From Tubulanus polymorphus (lineage: Eukaryota; Animalia; Nemertea): 64,000 bases of DNA. A program made the translations under genes and the position numbers. Under the pieces are notes generated by a model. It was not told the origin of the DNA, did no database searches, and worked only from the letters and a program-made list of their open reading frames with translations. The stretch is from positions 6,608,914 to 6,672,913 of the forward strand of contig NC_134034.1 in the NCBI RefSeq assembly GCF_964204645.1. Direction: 5' to 3'. Shown here piece by piece: positions 52,628 to 64,000 of the stretch (positions are counted from its first letter, which is position 1; every line of letters begins with the position of its first letter).

Positions 52628-53827
52628 ATGAATAAAGATTTATTTATATTTGAACCGCATAATATGTTAGTTACTGGAGTAAGAAATTGTGGTAAAACAC
52701 ATTTCATATTAGATTTGTTAGAAACTATTTATAAGAATCATTCTGATAATATAATATTATTTTGCCCTACTTATGAAATGAATAAAACATATAATAGAGA
52801 TATAGTTAAGATAAAAAAGTTTATTACATTAAATCCTAAAACAGTTAAAGGAAATTTAGATAATTGTATAAAAGTAGCAATCGATATATATATAAAGGAT
52901 CAAATACATTATTCATCATCGATGATTGTGCTAATTTACATGATTCAAAAGTTAGAGAAAGTGAGTTGTGTTATCTAGCTTTCTCTGGGAGACATTTTGG
53001 GATAACAACATGGGTTTTAAAACCAAAAATGTAATTCAATTGTTAAAGATTTTAGGGAGAATATAAGATTTTTAGTATTATTGGTTCACCTTTGTCAGCA
53101 ATATGAAGTAGGCATTGAGCCAATTTCATGTTAAATCGCGGTACGTTTTTTTTATGTGGGCATTTGTTTCATTGGTTCTCGGGTTTAACGACGTATAATC
53201 GATGCGCTTGAAGACATGACGAACCTCCGTCGATGTACATGGTCAACTTCGTTAAAATTAACTGTTTTTGGGCGGGGAAATTCTTAGCTCTCGCGTATAA
53301 AATTGCAATGACCTCGATTGGGGGCGTTGTCTCTACGAGCGAATGTGATTGGTTGTTTTTGGGATATACAGGGAATTCCGGCGCTACTAAAATAATTATG
53401 GGAAAGCCATAGAATGGCGAACGTTTCATTGGACTAGGTGCCGTATACGTGCAAATTTCAAATGCTCATTGCTGATGAGAATGTAATTATTATCCGCCAT
53501 AGGTATTGTTTCATTTTAATACCCGGTGATTGATTTGATTGACACTGAAGTGCAAGCGAACATTCACTTACACAAGGCCTCCACGTGCGCGCGGACTGTT
53601 GCATACACAAACACACGCTCGAACAGTATACACTACTATAGTGAAACTGTAAACGCTGCTTGCTGGCGCGTCTGACATTTCATCAACAGAAGATGTTTTC
53701 TGTTTGATATAATTTATAATAAATTGTAATTTCTTGTGACCTGAAAATAGTAAGCAGCAAACTACAAGTATAGGTCGTGGTCTGAATATTGTAGTAGTAA
53801 ATTCCAGGATTTAAAACGATCGAATAC

Positions 53828-55986
53828 CGGTGTTGTCATATCGCGGAAAGACGGAATCGCGGAATTTTCCAAAAACGCGGAATTTCTTCATTCTTACTTT
53901 AAATAGAAAACGGGTTTTCCCACGGGGATACCCACTGTCGGACAGGGCACCGGACCGATCGATGCAACGAGTTAGGTTCGAGTCCCATTATTTGCAGGCA
54001 ATTTTATATGGAATTATTATATTACGATACCGTTGACTGGCTGTCACCTGTAGAAGAAGTCAGAATCAAGTGGGGTGAAAGAGACCAGGCACCTAATGTC
54101 TATTTCTACTGGGCAAACTTCGGTTATCGAAGTTCATCGACTTTTTGAGAACTTCAGTAACGAATATTATCAGATAAATATTGAGCACGTTCGCGGTGTC
54201 GGACCGTAGTTGTAGATGGTTGCAAACATGAAATCCTACGACCAAACAAGAATCGGTTCAAATTCCTTCGTCAAATTCGTCCAGTACCGGTACCAATGAG
54301 ATTCTTTTGATCCAAATAATCAGCATAGGAACATATATGTTATAGCAGTCACAAAGAAAACCTTAAAAAAACGAAACCATTTTTAGCTCCGCTGTGACCG
54401 AAGGTCAGCGGAGCTGATGGGTTAGGGGGTTCGTCGTCGTCGTCCGTCCGTCCGTGTTCGGTGTCCGGCGTCAACTTTTTCTTTATATCCCTACTAGTCC
54501 TACAGTTCTGATGGGATCTTGATGAAACTTGGTATGAATGATCTATGTGGGAGTGCCTACAAAAGTACAGAGCCTTAATTTTGATTTTGCATAAATTATG
54601 CAAATTAGGGCTATTTTTAGATTTTCACTAAAATCGCTACTCCTCCATCGATTTTCAGCGGATTCAATCAAACTTGGTATGAATGATCTATGGGGGAGTG
54701 CCTACAAAAGTACAGAGCCATATTTTTGATTTTGCATAAATTATGCAAATTAGGGCTATTTTTAGATTTTCACTTAAATCGCTACTTCTACTTCAGTTTT
54801 CAGTAGATATCAACCAAACTTGGTACGAATGATGTATGGGGGAGTGCCTACAAAAGTATAGAGCCATACTTTTGATTTTGCATAAATTATGCAAATTAGG
54901 GCTATTTTTAGATTTTCACTTAAATTGCTATTTCTACTCCAGTTTTCAGTAGATTTCAACCAAACTTCATATGAATGATCTATTGGGGAGTGCCTACAAA
55001 AGTATAGATAAACTGACTTAATTTGTAAAACATAAATAATTGTTGTTTCTTGTTTAACTTTTTGGAAGTAATCTCCCAAAACTTGTGCATATTGATTTAT
55101 TAAAAGCTGCTTTCTCCACTCACTAGCTTCCTCCTTTATGTACATCATTCTATATCGAAGCAATTGCATAGATTTTTGATAGATTTCACTTGGTGCCTAT
55201 ACTTGGGGACTACAGTTTGTTCCACTTATGACTTCAGTTCCAACAGTTTGTCAGTTTAGAGTATGTTAGTATGATTATTGGTATTGTGGCCCTTCTCCAA
55301 GTGGCTATAATGTCCCTGAACATCTAGTTTCAAATAGATACTGATGTGATAGTCTATGCTCCAAGCCACAACAAAGACAGCGGAGCTATATAAGCCGACA
55401 GGCTTCTTGTATAATCTTTCATATCATTTAATTCTAAAAGATAAACCACATTGCTTATAACAACAATGTAGGCACACAACACGCATGAACAATCCTAAGC
55501 CAGAATGAAATGTACATAATGTATATTTATTTTCGTCTGACATCGATCCAGTTCCACAGTTGTGAGTTAACTCTGAGTTACTTAGAATCAATTCATTTCC
55601 AATGTTTTAAATCCAGAGACCAGAGTCAAATCTTAACTCGGAACTGAGTCCTGGAGAATGACCCATGGTGTCATCAAAAATCCTACGTTTACGTACCATC
55701 GATTTGTATTCCTTCAGTTAATGCAGCGATACTCTGTATCACTGAATTCGTAAAGCACGTATTGCCTAGGTTCTACATTATTTGGAACAGTATCGTTAAG
55801 TTGTTGACTGGCGATATAATAAATAATCAAATACTAATTCCCGGGGTTGAAAACCTGGGTCCGATGCCCTGTCCGACAGTGGGTATCCCCGTGGGAAAAC
55901 CCGTTTACTATTTATAGTTAAAATGAAGAAATTCCGCGTTTTTGGAAAATTCCGCGATTCCGTCTTTCCGCGATATGACAACACCG
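53828..55986. mobile_element. Non-autonomous MULE-type element
   Basis: ~125-bp TIRs cggtgttgtcatatcgcggaaagacgg; 9-bp TSD atcgaatac/atctaatac; empty site visible near 18952. Confidence 0.88.
54381..55410 (+). mobile_element. HINE-like element with ~146-bp tandem repeats, nested in the MULE
   Basis: ttttagctccgctg / cagcggagcta IR, (GTC)n(GTCC)n, about 3.5 repeats, 3' hairpin aagcc..ggctt. Confidence 0.75.
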
Positions 55987-56909
55987 ATCTAATACGCCGA
56001 TTTCTTACTGCGCCGGTTTAGATTCCGCGGCCATACATTGGAAGAGGTTTCCAAGACTAAATATTCAGCCACCCTCTGATAGGTAACATCATATAAATTT
56101 TATTTGAATATGTTTTCATATTGTGAAAAATATTTCTTTGAAAATATAAAATAGTTTCCCTGCCGCGCCTACCTGTACCCTACGAAATGTATATTTTTGG
56201 TCTTATTTGACTTCAAAATAATTCTTTGAAAAAGATGAAATACAAGATAGAACTTTGAAGTCACGAATTAAAAAGATTTTGCAATGCCCTTACCCCAAAC
56301 AACCACTAGCTTTCAAGGTAAACCACACTTTGCCCATGGGCAATTTATTCTACAATAAAGATAGAAAATCTATGCAACAATCTTTGGAAGAAAATCAAAT
56401 TATACCTACTGAATTACATGATGAATATATGAATAAATTAAAAAGTAATTAAGGTTCAAAATTGTTACTGAGGCTTCAATTTCCTTATGAATATAAATTT
56501 ATAAGATAAATTCCTAATTTGAAATAAATTTAGAATTTTGAATGTGTATGAGTGGGTGAGTGGATGAATTGGATGAATGGATGAGTGTGGATGAGTGTAA
56601 TAATATATAATTTTAAATTATATATTATTACATATGTTTTTTTAAATGAAAAACATATGTAATACATATGTTTTTTATTTAAAAAAACAGTAAGAGTTTG
56701 ATTTTAAGTTATTTTATCAATTTTATACTATATTTAAATATTATCTTAATAAAATATATATATTGTGTTAAATTTAATATAGAATACAAATATTATATTT
56801 ATACTCATACTATTCTACCAACTCATGTGTTTAAAAGTAAAATATATATATTATTACACTCATCCATTCATCCAATTCATCCACTCAACCATCAATGTGT
56901 AAATAGAAA

Positions 56910-57450
56910 TTAATCTATTTCATTTTCATATTTTTCTTTAAGCTTATTACATTCTAACCATATATTCCTTTTCGTTGACATTGGTATAGGTCCTAAATGA
57001 TTCCCGAGTTTATATTTATTGAATGTTTCTCTTGAAAATATTTTTGGAATATAATTTTCGATTTCAGTTTTAGATGGATGTTTATTTAAAAATTCTCTAA
57101 AATCATCATATTTAAGTTCAAAAATTTCCATTCCATAAGTCATATTTGGTTTAAAGTTATCTAACTTTTTCAATATGGTAACTATATCATTACTCGAGAA
57201 ATAATCTATAAATGTTTTTCTATACCACCGGTAATCTAATATATTCATTTTATTAAATTTCAGGTTTATAATTAATGGATTTTCTATTACATTATCTGTA
57301 CCTTTATGTTTAATTGAGTATTTATGATTCAAGTGTTTGTCATATATTACATGTTCTTTACATTTTTCACACCAAGACTTAAATACTTGTATTGCATGGG
57401 CCGAATCATTTCCACCTTTTGTTTTTGATTTATACTTTACCTGCCTCCAT
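56910..57450 (-). pseudogene. Polinton hypothetical ORF
   Basis: TAAATG start at 57450 with the upstream motif; open frame 56910-57332. Confidence 0.5.
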
Positions 57451-57482
57451 TTATTATAAAAATTTTTATTAAAACTAAAATT

Positions 57483-59033
57483 TTAATACATAACACTATT
57501 GAATTGAGAATCAACAATATTTAATTGCGCGTCAGATATAATATAAATGTGCGTTTCGAAATTTAAGCTTCCTTTCTTCTTTGTCGTGAATAATTGTATC
57601 CCATCTTTTGTATTTTGTAGTTTTTTCCCAGAACAATGTAATGAATTATCTTCAGTTCTAAAATCTAACCATAATGCATATTTATTACCAGTATAATAAT
57701 CAATTTGATTAATATTACAATTTTCAGACGATTTTACGTTTTCATTCATAAAATGTTTTTTAATTTCTGGCCACTGATCAATCATTCTCATTCCTTGACA
57801 GAATGATTTATTTGCTATGCCTTCGATAGTTATTTCTACTTTTGTTATTTCAGGATTATAATACTTATCTACCTTTATTGCACCATTAGAATATGTTGCA
57901 ATGGTAAAAAATATCAATATACCTTTAATAGATCTTCTTGGGAAGTTAATATTCTCATTAATTATTTCATCATTTGCATTAATAGTTACAGTTTTAAATT
58001 TATCAATATAATCATATAATAATGAAAATCCTTGATTGTATTGAGTTTGAATTATACTAGCAATATTTTCATTAGTTACTGTGTTATATTCTAAACATAT
58101 ATTCGATAATTTATAACCCATATCTTTAACAACGCTAGATAATACAATTTCATTTACAGGAGCAAAAAAACTTATGAACCTGTATTGCGCCATTAGAATA
58201 TGTTGCAATGGTAAAAGATATTAATATGCCTTTAATAGATCTTCTTGGGAAGTTAATATTCTCATTAATTATTTCATCATTTGCATTAATAGTTATAATT
58301 TTAAATTTATCAATATAATCATATAATAATGAAAATCCTTGATTGTATTGAGTTATGAATTATGCTTGAAATATTTTCATCAGTTACTTTATCATATTCT
58401 AAACATATATTCGATAATTTATATCCCATATCTTTAACAACACTTGATAATACAATTTCATTAACAGGAGCAAATGTTATTTCAAATATAATATCTTCTT
58501 GAATTGCATATTTATACAAAGGTGCATTATTATTAATCAATTCAAACTCTAATGGAATTTGATATTTGCTTCCATAAATCTTTTTTATCAAATTATCTGT
58601 AGCATTAGTTACTACTGCATTATTAGCTTCTGATCTTGATTTATTTTGGTTTTCTGATTGGATGCCTTGAAATATCATATTATTTCTATTTTCTTTTGTT
58701 AACCATAAATCTTTATAATGCATAAATAAATTATAATCATCTACTGAGAAAACTATTTCTGGACCGATCTTTGTAGTTGATTTTCTAATCAAATATCTTC
58801 CAACATTATCGACCACAATTGTTATCATGACCAGTTACTTTTATATCAGCTGATAAATAAATATTATTTGGAACATAAAAAGTATTTTGTGTTAATCGAA
58901 GAATTCTAACATATAAAGTTTCATCAGGATTAATATTAGAAGGCTTATGGGTAATTATATGATGAGATCTTTCTGCCTTAATAGCATTAGATATTCTAGA
59001 ATTCTTAGAAGGATTTATGTAACTCGCACGCAT
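57483..59033 (-). pseudogene. Major capsid protein (double jelly-roll/hexon-like), frameshifted, with an internal duplication
   Basis: INPSK..R...IKAER...ITH.PS.I.P.E.L.V, IVVDNVGR, YKDLWL, YQIPLEF, LSNICLEY, PRRSIKGILIFF, YYNPEITKVEITIEG, KYALWLDFR, HIYIISDAQLNI, as recalled for invertebrate Polinton MCPs. Confidence 0.8.
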
Positions 59034-59037
59034 TTAT

Positions 59038-59960
59038 TTAACAGAAAAATTCATTATTTTTTATCATATTCACTAATCCAAAAATAATTGCACTTACAAC
59101 TATTATTAAAAATAAGATTATATGTTCGGCAACAAAGTTAAGAATATTTCCAGCAGATTTCAATATAAAACCAACAATTGATGCAATAATTCCTGGTAAA
59201 GCTGCAGCAGATTTTTTAGATAGTTCCCATAGATATTTTGCTAATTTCTTTAATCCATCTTTCACTTTATCCTGTATAGAATCATTATCATTTTAAGGTT
59301 TATCTGGTTTATTTGGAGTAGGCGTAGATTTCAATGAATTTGATATTGCTAAACCAATTGTTGTAAATAACATAGTAACAGCTGTAAGAATTGAAAGAAT
59401 TGTTATGCCTTCTAGTTTAAATAATATTCTTTCTTTTAATTATATTTCAGAATTTGGTTTTATCAACAAATCTTTAAAAATAACTTTTAATTTTTTAATA
59501 TGATTAAGATCGTATGATTTCAATAAAATATCTCTTTTTCCTGTAATTCTTTATTATATTTTAAATCATCAATTTCTTTTTCTAAAGCTAACTTTCTGAA
59601 TTCATATTCAACTTCATCAATTACTTGAAGATCTTTATTTAATTATAATTATTTTAATTCTTCATTTGCATTAGTTAATTCTTTTTCTAATATGGTTATT
59701 TTAGAAAATCTCATCTTAATACTAACAATTTCACCAGCTGATTCTTGCATACCTTTAATTTCTCTACGTGCTTGTTCAGGAAATATGTTTAATTCTTCAT
59801 CAGTTAAATCAAGTATTCCTTTTTTTAATAAAGATTGCATTCGATTTGCCCCAGTTTCAGTACCGGGTGTATCTAAAACACTTATCATATCGTCTTCAAA
59901 TGAATTCATTGTATCCAGTAAGTTATCTAAATATTTACTTCGAATACATTCCATGGGAAA
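59038..59960 (-). pseudogene. Coiled-coil protein with C-terminal membrane segments
   Basis: ITILSILTAVTMLFTTIGLAI and AAALPGIIASIVGFILK..FVAEHIILFLIIVV; helical N-terminal part; cut by the insertion at 59970. Confidence 0.65.
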
Positions 59961-60165
59961 ATACACTATAGCCATATTGCTATTGGCTAGGCAGATAACG
60001 CCCGAATCGACTTTTGGTAGGGGCGCCGTAACATAGCGCCATCTGGCGAGATGCCACCATCTTTTTGCTTGGCGCTTGTTCTCTAGAGAACGTGTTTCGG
60101 CAGTGCTCGTAAATCGGTTAAAATCCTTCGTGTTGGATCGGACATCCGTTCTAATTGATATAAGA

Positions 60166-63100
60166 CAGGGGCGGATCCAGGGGCATATTTTGACTGCCTT
60201 CTAAAAGAAATGAGGGCACCCAAAGGGGGAGCGCGGGGTAACCCCCCTCGCCGGTGGGGGTTTGTGGGGTCTCCCCCAAGAAAATTTTTAATTTTCATGT
60301 CCTCAGATGCATTTTCCCAGCATCTAGGACATATTTTTCTCTCAATCCTCACAATCCAAAATAAAGCCTGAAACACTGATGTAAGCAAAGTCTCCAACCA
60401 AAAATCCAAAATGCAGAAAGACATATGTTCAAGATTTATATATATTTATTTTCAGTTTCATTTTCAGCATTTTTATGGTATGGTTACAACTTACATAATA
60501 TTACAAGATTGCAAAAAGTGAATATTTGTAATACATACTGGAAACAACATTTATGAAAATGGCAATTTAAATATTTCCTTATTTAATATAGCATTTTGAG
60601 ATAATTATCTCAATTATATTATTATATGAGTAAATTGCACTAGGATCATGTTATATAATGTACAATGTATCCATAAAATACTATTTTCAATACCGATTTA
60701 TTGCTTAAATACATATTTGAACTTTAAATTTTTCAGTAAAAACACACAGACTCTCATAAATTTCAAATGAGACATACCCAGATACCAACAAATTGCACCA
60801 TATTTCCACTATTTTTCAGTTAGCTCACACATTGCAAATGAGACATTTTCCATTGATACAGCAGCAAATTAAACAATATTTACAATTATTTTATAGTTAA
60901 AAATGACAGAATCTCACACATTGCTAATGAGGCATTTATGAAAGAAAATAAAACTACTATATACACTACAAAATAAACATTTATCTCATAAAGTTATCAA
61001 TATCCAATGTTATTTTTATCAAAATAACTTTAATCTACTAATACTGAACTATATTATACTATATAATAATACTGATTGATTCAGCTCTGAATTACAATGC
61101 TGAGTAAATCATTCCAGCAAATAAATTCCAAATAATACTTTTCATAATCTGACATAATCAACCATATATTTCAAAACATTTTACCACAAACAGCTATTAA
61201 AACTTGTAATTTCTGATATTTGACGGTTTATAATGTACACAAAACCACAAGCAATAAGAATAAATTCACTAAAAAATTCCCATTAATACATATTTTGTCC
61301 TGACAGCAGTAAACCAGTCACAAAGGCAAACAACAATATCTGCTGAACACAAAACTCAATCATGTCATGAATACCAGTTCTAGTTTATTATATCTAGCAG
61401 CACCATCTTTCTAGGATGCTGACGGGCAAATATATCAATCACTGCCTGAATGTCAATTTTCAGGGAACTATAGACTGAAAGGAGAGCTAAGCCATTCGTG
61501 CGGCTTTGATTCATGGTGCTTCGCAAATAAGTTTTGAGACGTCTCAGAAGTGAGACAGAGCGTTCACACTCACATGATGTAACGGGCATAGTCCCCAGTA
61601 ACACTAATGCTGCCCTGATATTAGGAAACAAATCAGCATCTACAATGGGTAGGAGTTTTGTAAGATGTTTTGGAACTTCTTTCTTGCTTTCAGCTGTCTT
61701 TTTCCAGTAAGATTCCCAAAGATGCGGTTTAACATTCAAAGAACTAGGTGATGGCAGGTCATCAATGTACTCCATACAGAATTCTTTGAATGGCTTCGCC
61801 CATTCTTTGTTAGCTAAAACCGTTGCTGGCAACACGGAGAATGCAGAAAGAATAGTTTCCTGACCACTGAAAAATCGATCATTTATCTCGGAATACAAAT
61901 GATCCAGTATTGGTATAGCAATAGCACGTTTGAAGTACTGTTCTACTGACTCAGCTGGGATGTTGCTTCGCTGAGTCTGACGACCACATGTTCGGGGTTT
62001 TTGAATGTCAACTTCAAGCAAACTGGCTAAAGCGGTAGCCTGTTGAAACCATAATAGGTAGTAGGAGTCGAGATTTGATCGATATTTCTCGATAGTATCA
62101 CGGACAGCTTTTAAGCACAAATATGCACGATTGGAATCCTGGTTCGCGTACTGCAACTTTACGGTCAGACTAGTAGTCACACTCAGACATTCACGTGTCA
62201 AGATATAAGCGGCAATGAACGGAAAATTGGTAATCGCATGGTAGAGCCCATTTGCTTTTACCACAGAATCTGGATTCCAATGCTTTTCTGCATTCATACT
62301 TATCAAATCCAGGGTTTCAACGACAGCCACCACTATATCCGAAAACACCTCCATTACATCTAGGCGTTGGACCCATCTAGTTTGACAAATGTCCAACAGC
62401 TTTGAGCGCTTACTTTCAGGGCACAGTACCTTGATCTTTTCAGAGAGTGCACCTTGTCGTTTTGGGGAATTTGAAAAAAATCTCGACAATTCCCCCAAAG
62501 TGTCCATCATGTTTTTCACCTGTGCAACTGATCCAGTTTTCGTGACGCAGAGATTAAGATGACGAGATGCACAGTGTACATATTTCACTTTGGGATACTG
62601 TGTTTTAATGCGAGTTGACGCACCCTTACATACACCAGACATATTTCCAGCCCCGTCAAAACATTGTCCTCAACAATCTTTCATGTCAAGGCCAAGGCCT
62701 TCAACTGTTTCTATCAATAGTCGGGCTATTTCTTCCCCTGATGTACCAGAATCACACCAAATAAACTGCAGGAAAGATTCGTGAACTCCACCATTTGAAT
62801 CAACATATCTCAGAATGAGAGGCATCTGTTCTATGTTGCTACAATCCGATGCCTCATCAGCTAAAATTGAGAAGTAACGGTTCATTTTTTTGTCATCTAT
62901 AATTGTTTTTTAAATCCATTCTTTCAAACAGTCAATCAGTTCATTCTGAATGGTTTTAGAACGATATGTACTTGTTTTTGAACACTTTTTAAAATGCTCC
63001 GTCAGTGTTGCATCACCAGCATCGCATCGAAACTCCAATAACTTTTGGAAATTACCGGAATTACTTTCTAAATCCAGATGTTTCGAGTTATCACGGTGTC

Positions 63101-63846
63101 CACGCAATGGGATATTTTGATTCCCAAGAAATATGACAAAATATTTTCAAAATGGATTTCAGAATTTTGCGATTTTCAGCAATTCGTTTTTGATTTGTTG
63201 TACTCGTTAAATTGTTGACTCCAAGGGTTTGGGATTCCATTACACTGAGAAACATTTTCTCACAGCAAACTGTATCATGATGTACTTTAGAGTTATCCCT
63301 ATGGGATGTAAATCTAGAACTTGCGCATGTCCAGTCAATAAAGGGAGTCGAAACTAAACGTTCTAACTTGGCATCGTTTTTTTCTAATGTGCGACCAAAG
63401 AAAACACATGGTCGACAGAAAGCACCTGATAGTTCCTCGGAATATGCCAACCAATGGAATTGTTTGAGCCAATCAGCATTAAATGATCGGTTTTTTAGGC
63501 CATATATGTCCGTTTTGGGAAATTTATACTTTTCTGTCGGCACCCACAAGTTACATAAAGCATTGTACTTTTCAGCATCTTTCATTGTCCTTGTTTTGCC
63601 AATTAACAATCCAATATCTGGAAACAAAACAACAGATAAAGTCAAATTCTGTACATGCACACATTCAAACAAGCAAAACAGAACTTACAAATATTCCTGG
63701 AAAGCTCCATAACACGCAATATTTGGCAACCATTCATTGGCCTATAAAAGATATAACTTAATCCAGGGGCGGATTAAGGGGATACGCCGCAATCTTGCCA
63801 AAAATTTCTCCAAACGTTTCTTCAGAATAGATAATGGATCCCCCTG
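60166..63846 (-). mobile_element. hAT DNA transposon (THAP12/ZMYM1-like transposase family)
   Basis: Ends caggggcggatcca / tggatccccctg; transposase inside; no clean TSD. Confidence 0.85.
61380..63600 (-). pseudogene. hAT transposase (TTF-type Zn finger, DUF4371-type region, dimerisation domain) with about 3 frameshifts
   Basis: WLAYS..GAFCRPC, LRGH, GNFQKLLEFR, SKTIQNELI, YFSILADEASD, FDGAGNMSG, YVHCASRHLNL, TRWVQR, PVTSCECERSVS.LRRLKTYLRSTM. Confidence 0.93.
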
Positions 63847-64000
63847 TTGACACATGCAGAGAATTAAATAAGAAAATTATCGCATACAAACGTACCCATC
63901 ATATTATTTGATGATGATCATTCGATGAAATCTGGGGTACCGGTACACTATCAGTTGGTACAATTACTGGAGTTTCAATCATCACTGCATTAGATGGTGG

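Larger units (their letters stand above)
53082..56348 (+). mobile_element. Copy of the 18188-19330 element carrying a nested MULE
   Basis: Colinear with 18188-19330 on both sides of the nested insertion. Confidence 0.85.
52628..56510 (+). pseudogene. A32/FtsK-like packaging ATPase, split by the insertion at 53082-56348
   Basis: Walker A VTGVRNCGKT, Walker B LFIIDD, SGRHFGITTWVL, RENIRFLVL | FYNKD continuation. Confidence 0.88.
43436..64000. mobile_element. Decayed endogenous Polinton/Maverick (adintovirus-like) element, open at the right window edge
   Basis: Very AT-rich, intronless, compact ORFs: pPolB, integrase with chromodomain, packaging ATPase, capsid-like protein. Confidence 0.92.

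Noticed and set aside
53830-55984. Two near-identical ORFs (MLSYRGKTESRNF...) on opposite strands
   Set aside because: They are artefacts of the MULE terminal inverted repeats.
43436-59960. Bacterial prophage or contaminant contig
   Set aside because: It is interleaved with host-type TEs, one of which has a sibling copy inside a VPS50 intron; the gene set is Polinton-type.

Overview
AT-rich metazoan genomic DNA, probably a marine invertebrate (inferred from the repeat types). 1-33 kb: the 3' part of a + strand multi-exon VPS50 (syndetin/CCDC132) gene. Eleven phase-consistent GT-AG exons give 452 codons plus stop. Its introns hold an RTE LINE, a deleted Gypsy LTR element, a MULE, and many MITE/HINE-type elements. 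34-64 kb: an almost continuous nest of mobile DNA. It contains a CR1/L2-type LINE with a 2A motif, two BEL/Pao halves, and a Gypsy 5' half with two PBS copies and a tandem array. From ~43.4 kb to beyond the right edge lies a decayed endogenous Polinton/Maverick (adintovirus-like) virus with pPolB, HNH nuclease, integrase, packaging ATPase, major capsid protein and membrane proteins. It is interrupted by several nested elements, including a hAT transposon. The most notable unexplained signals are a fixed-spacing promoter-like motif and TAAATG starts on the viral ORFs, two large viral hairpins, Penelope-type hammerhead ribozyme cores, and the twin/multi-PBS Gypsy leader. All homology calls come from motif recognition by eye; no searches were run.
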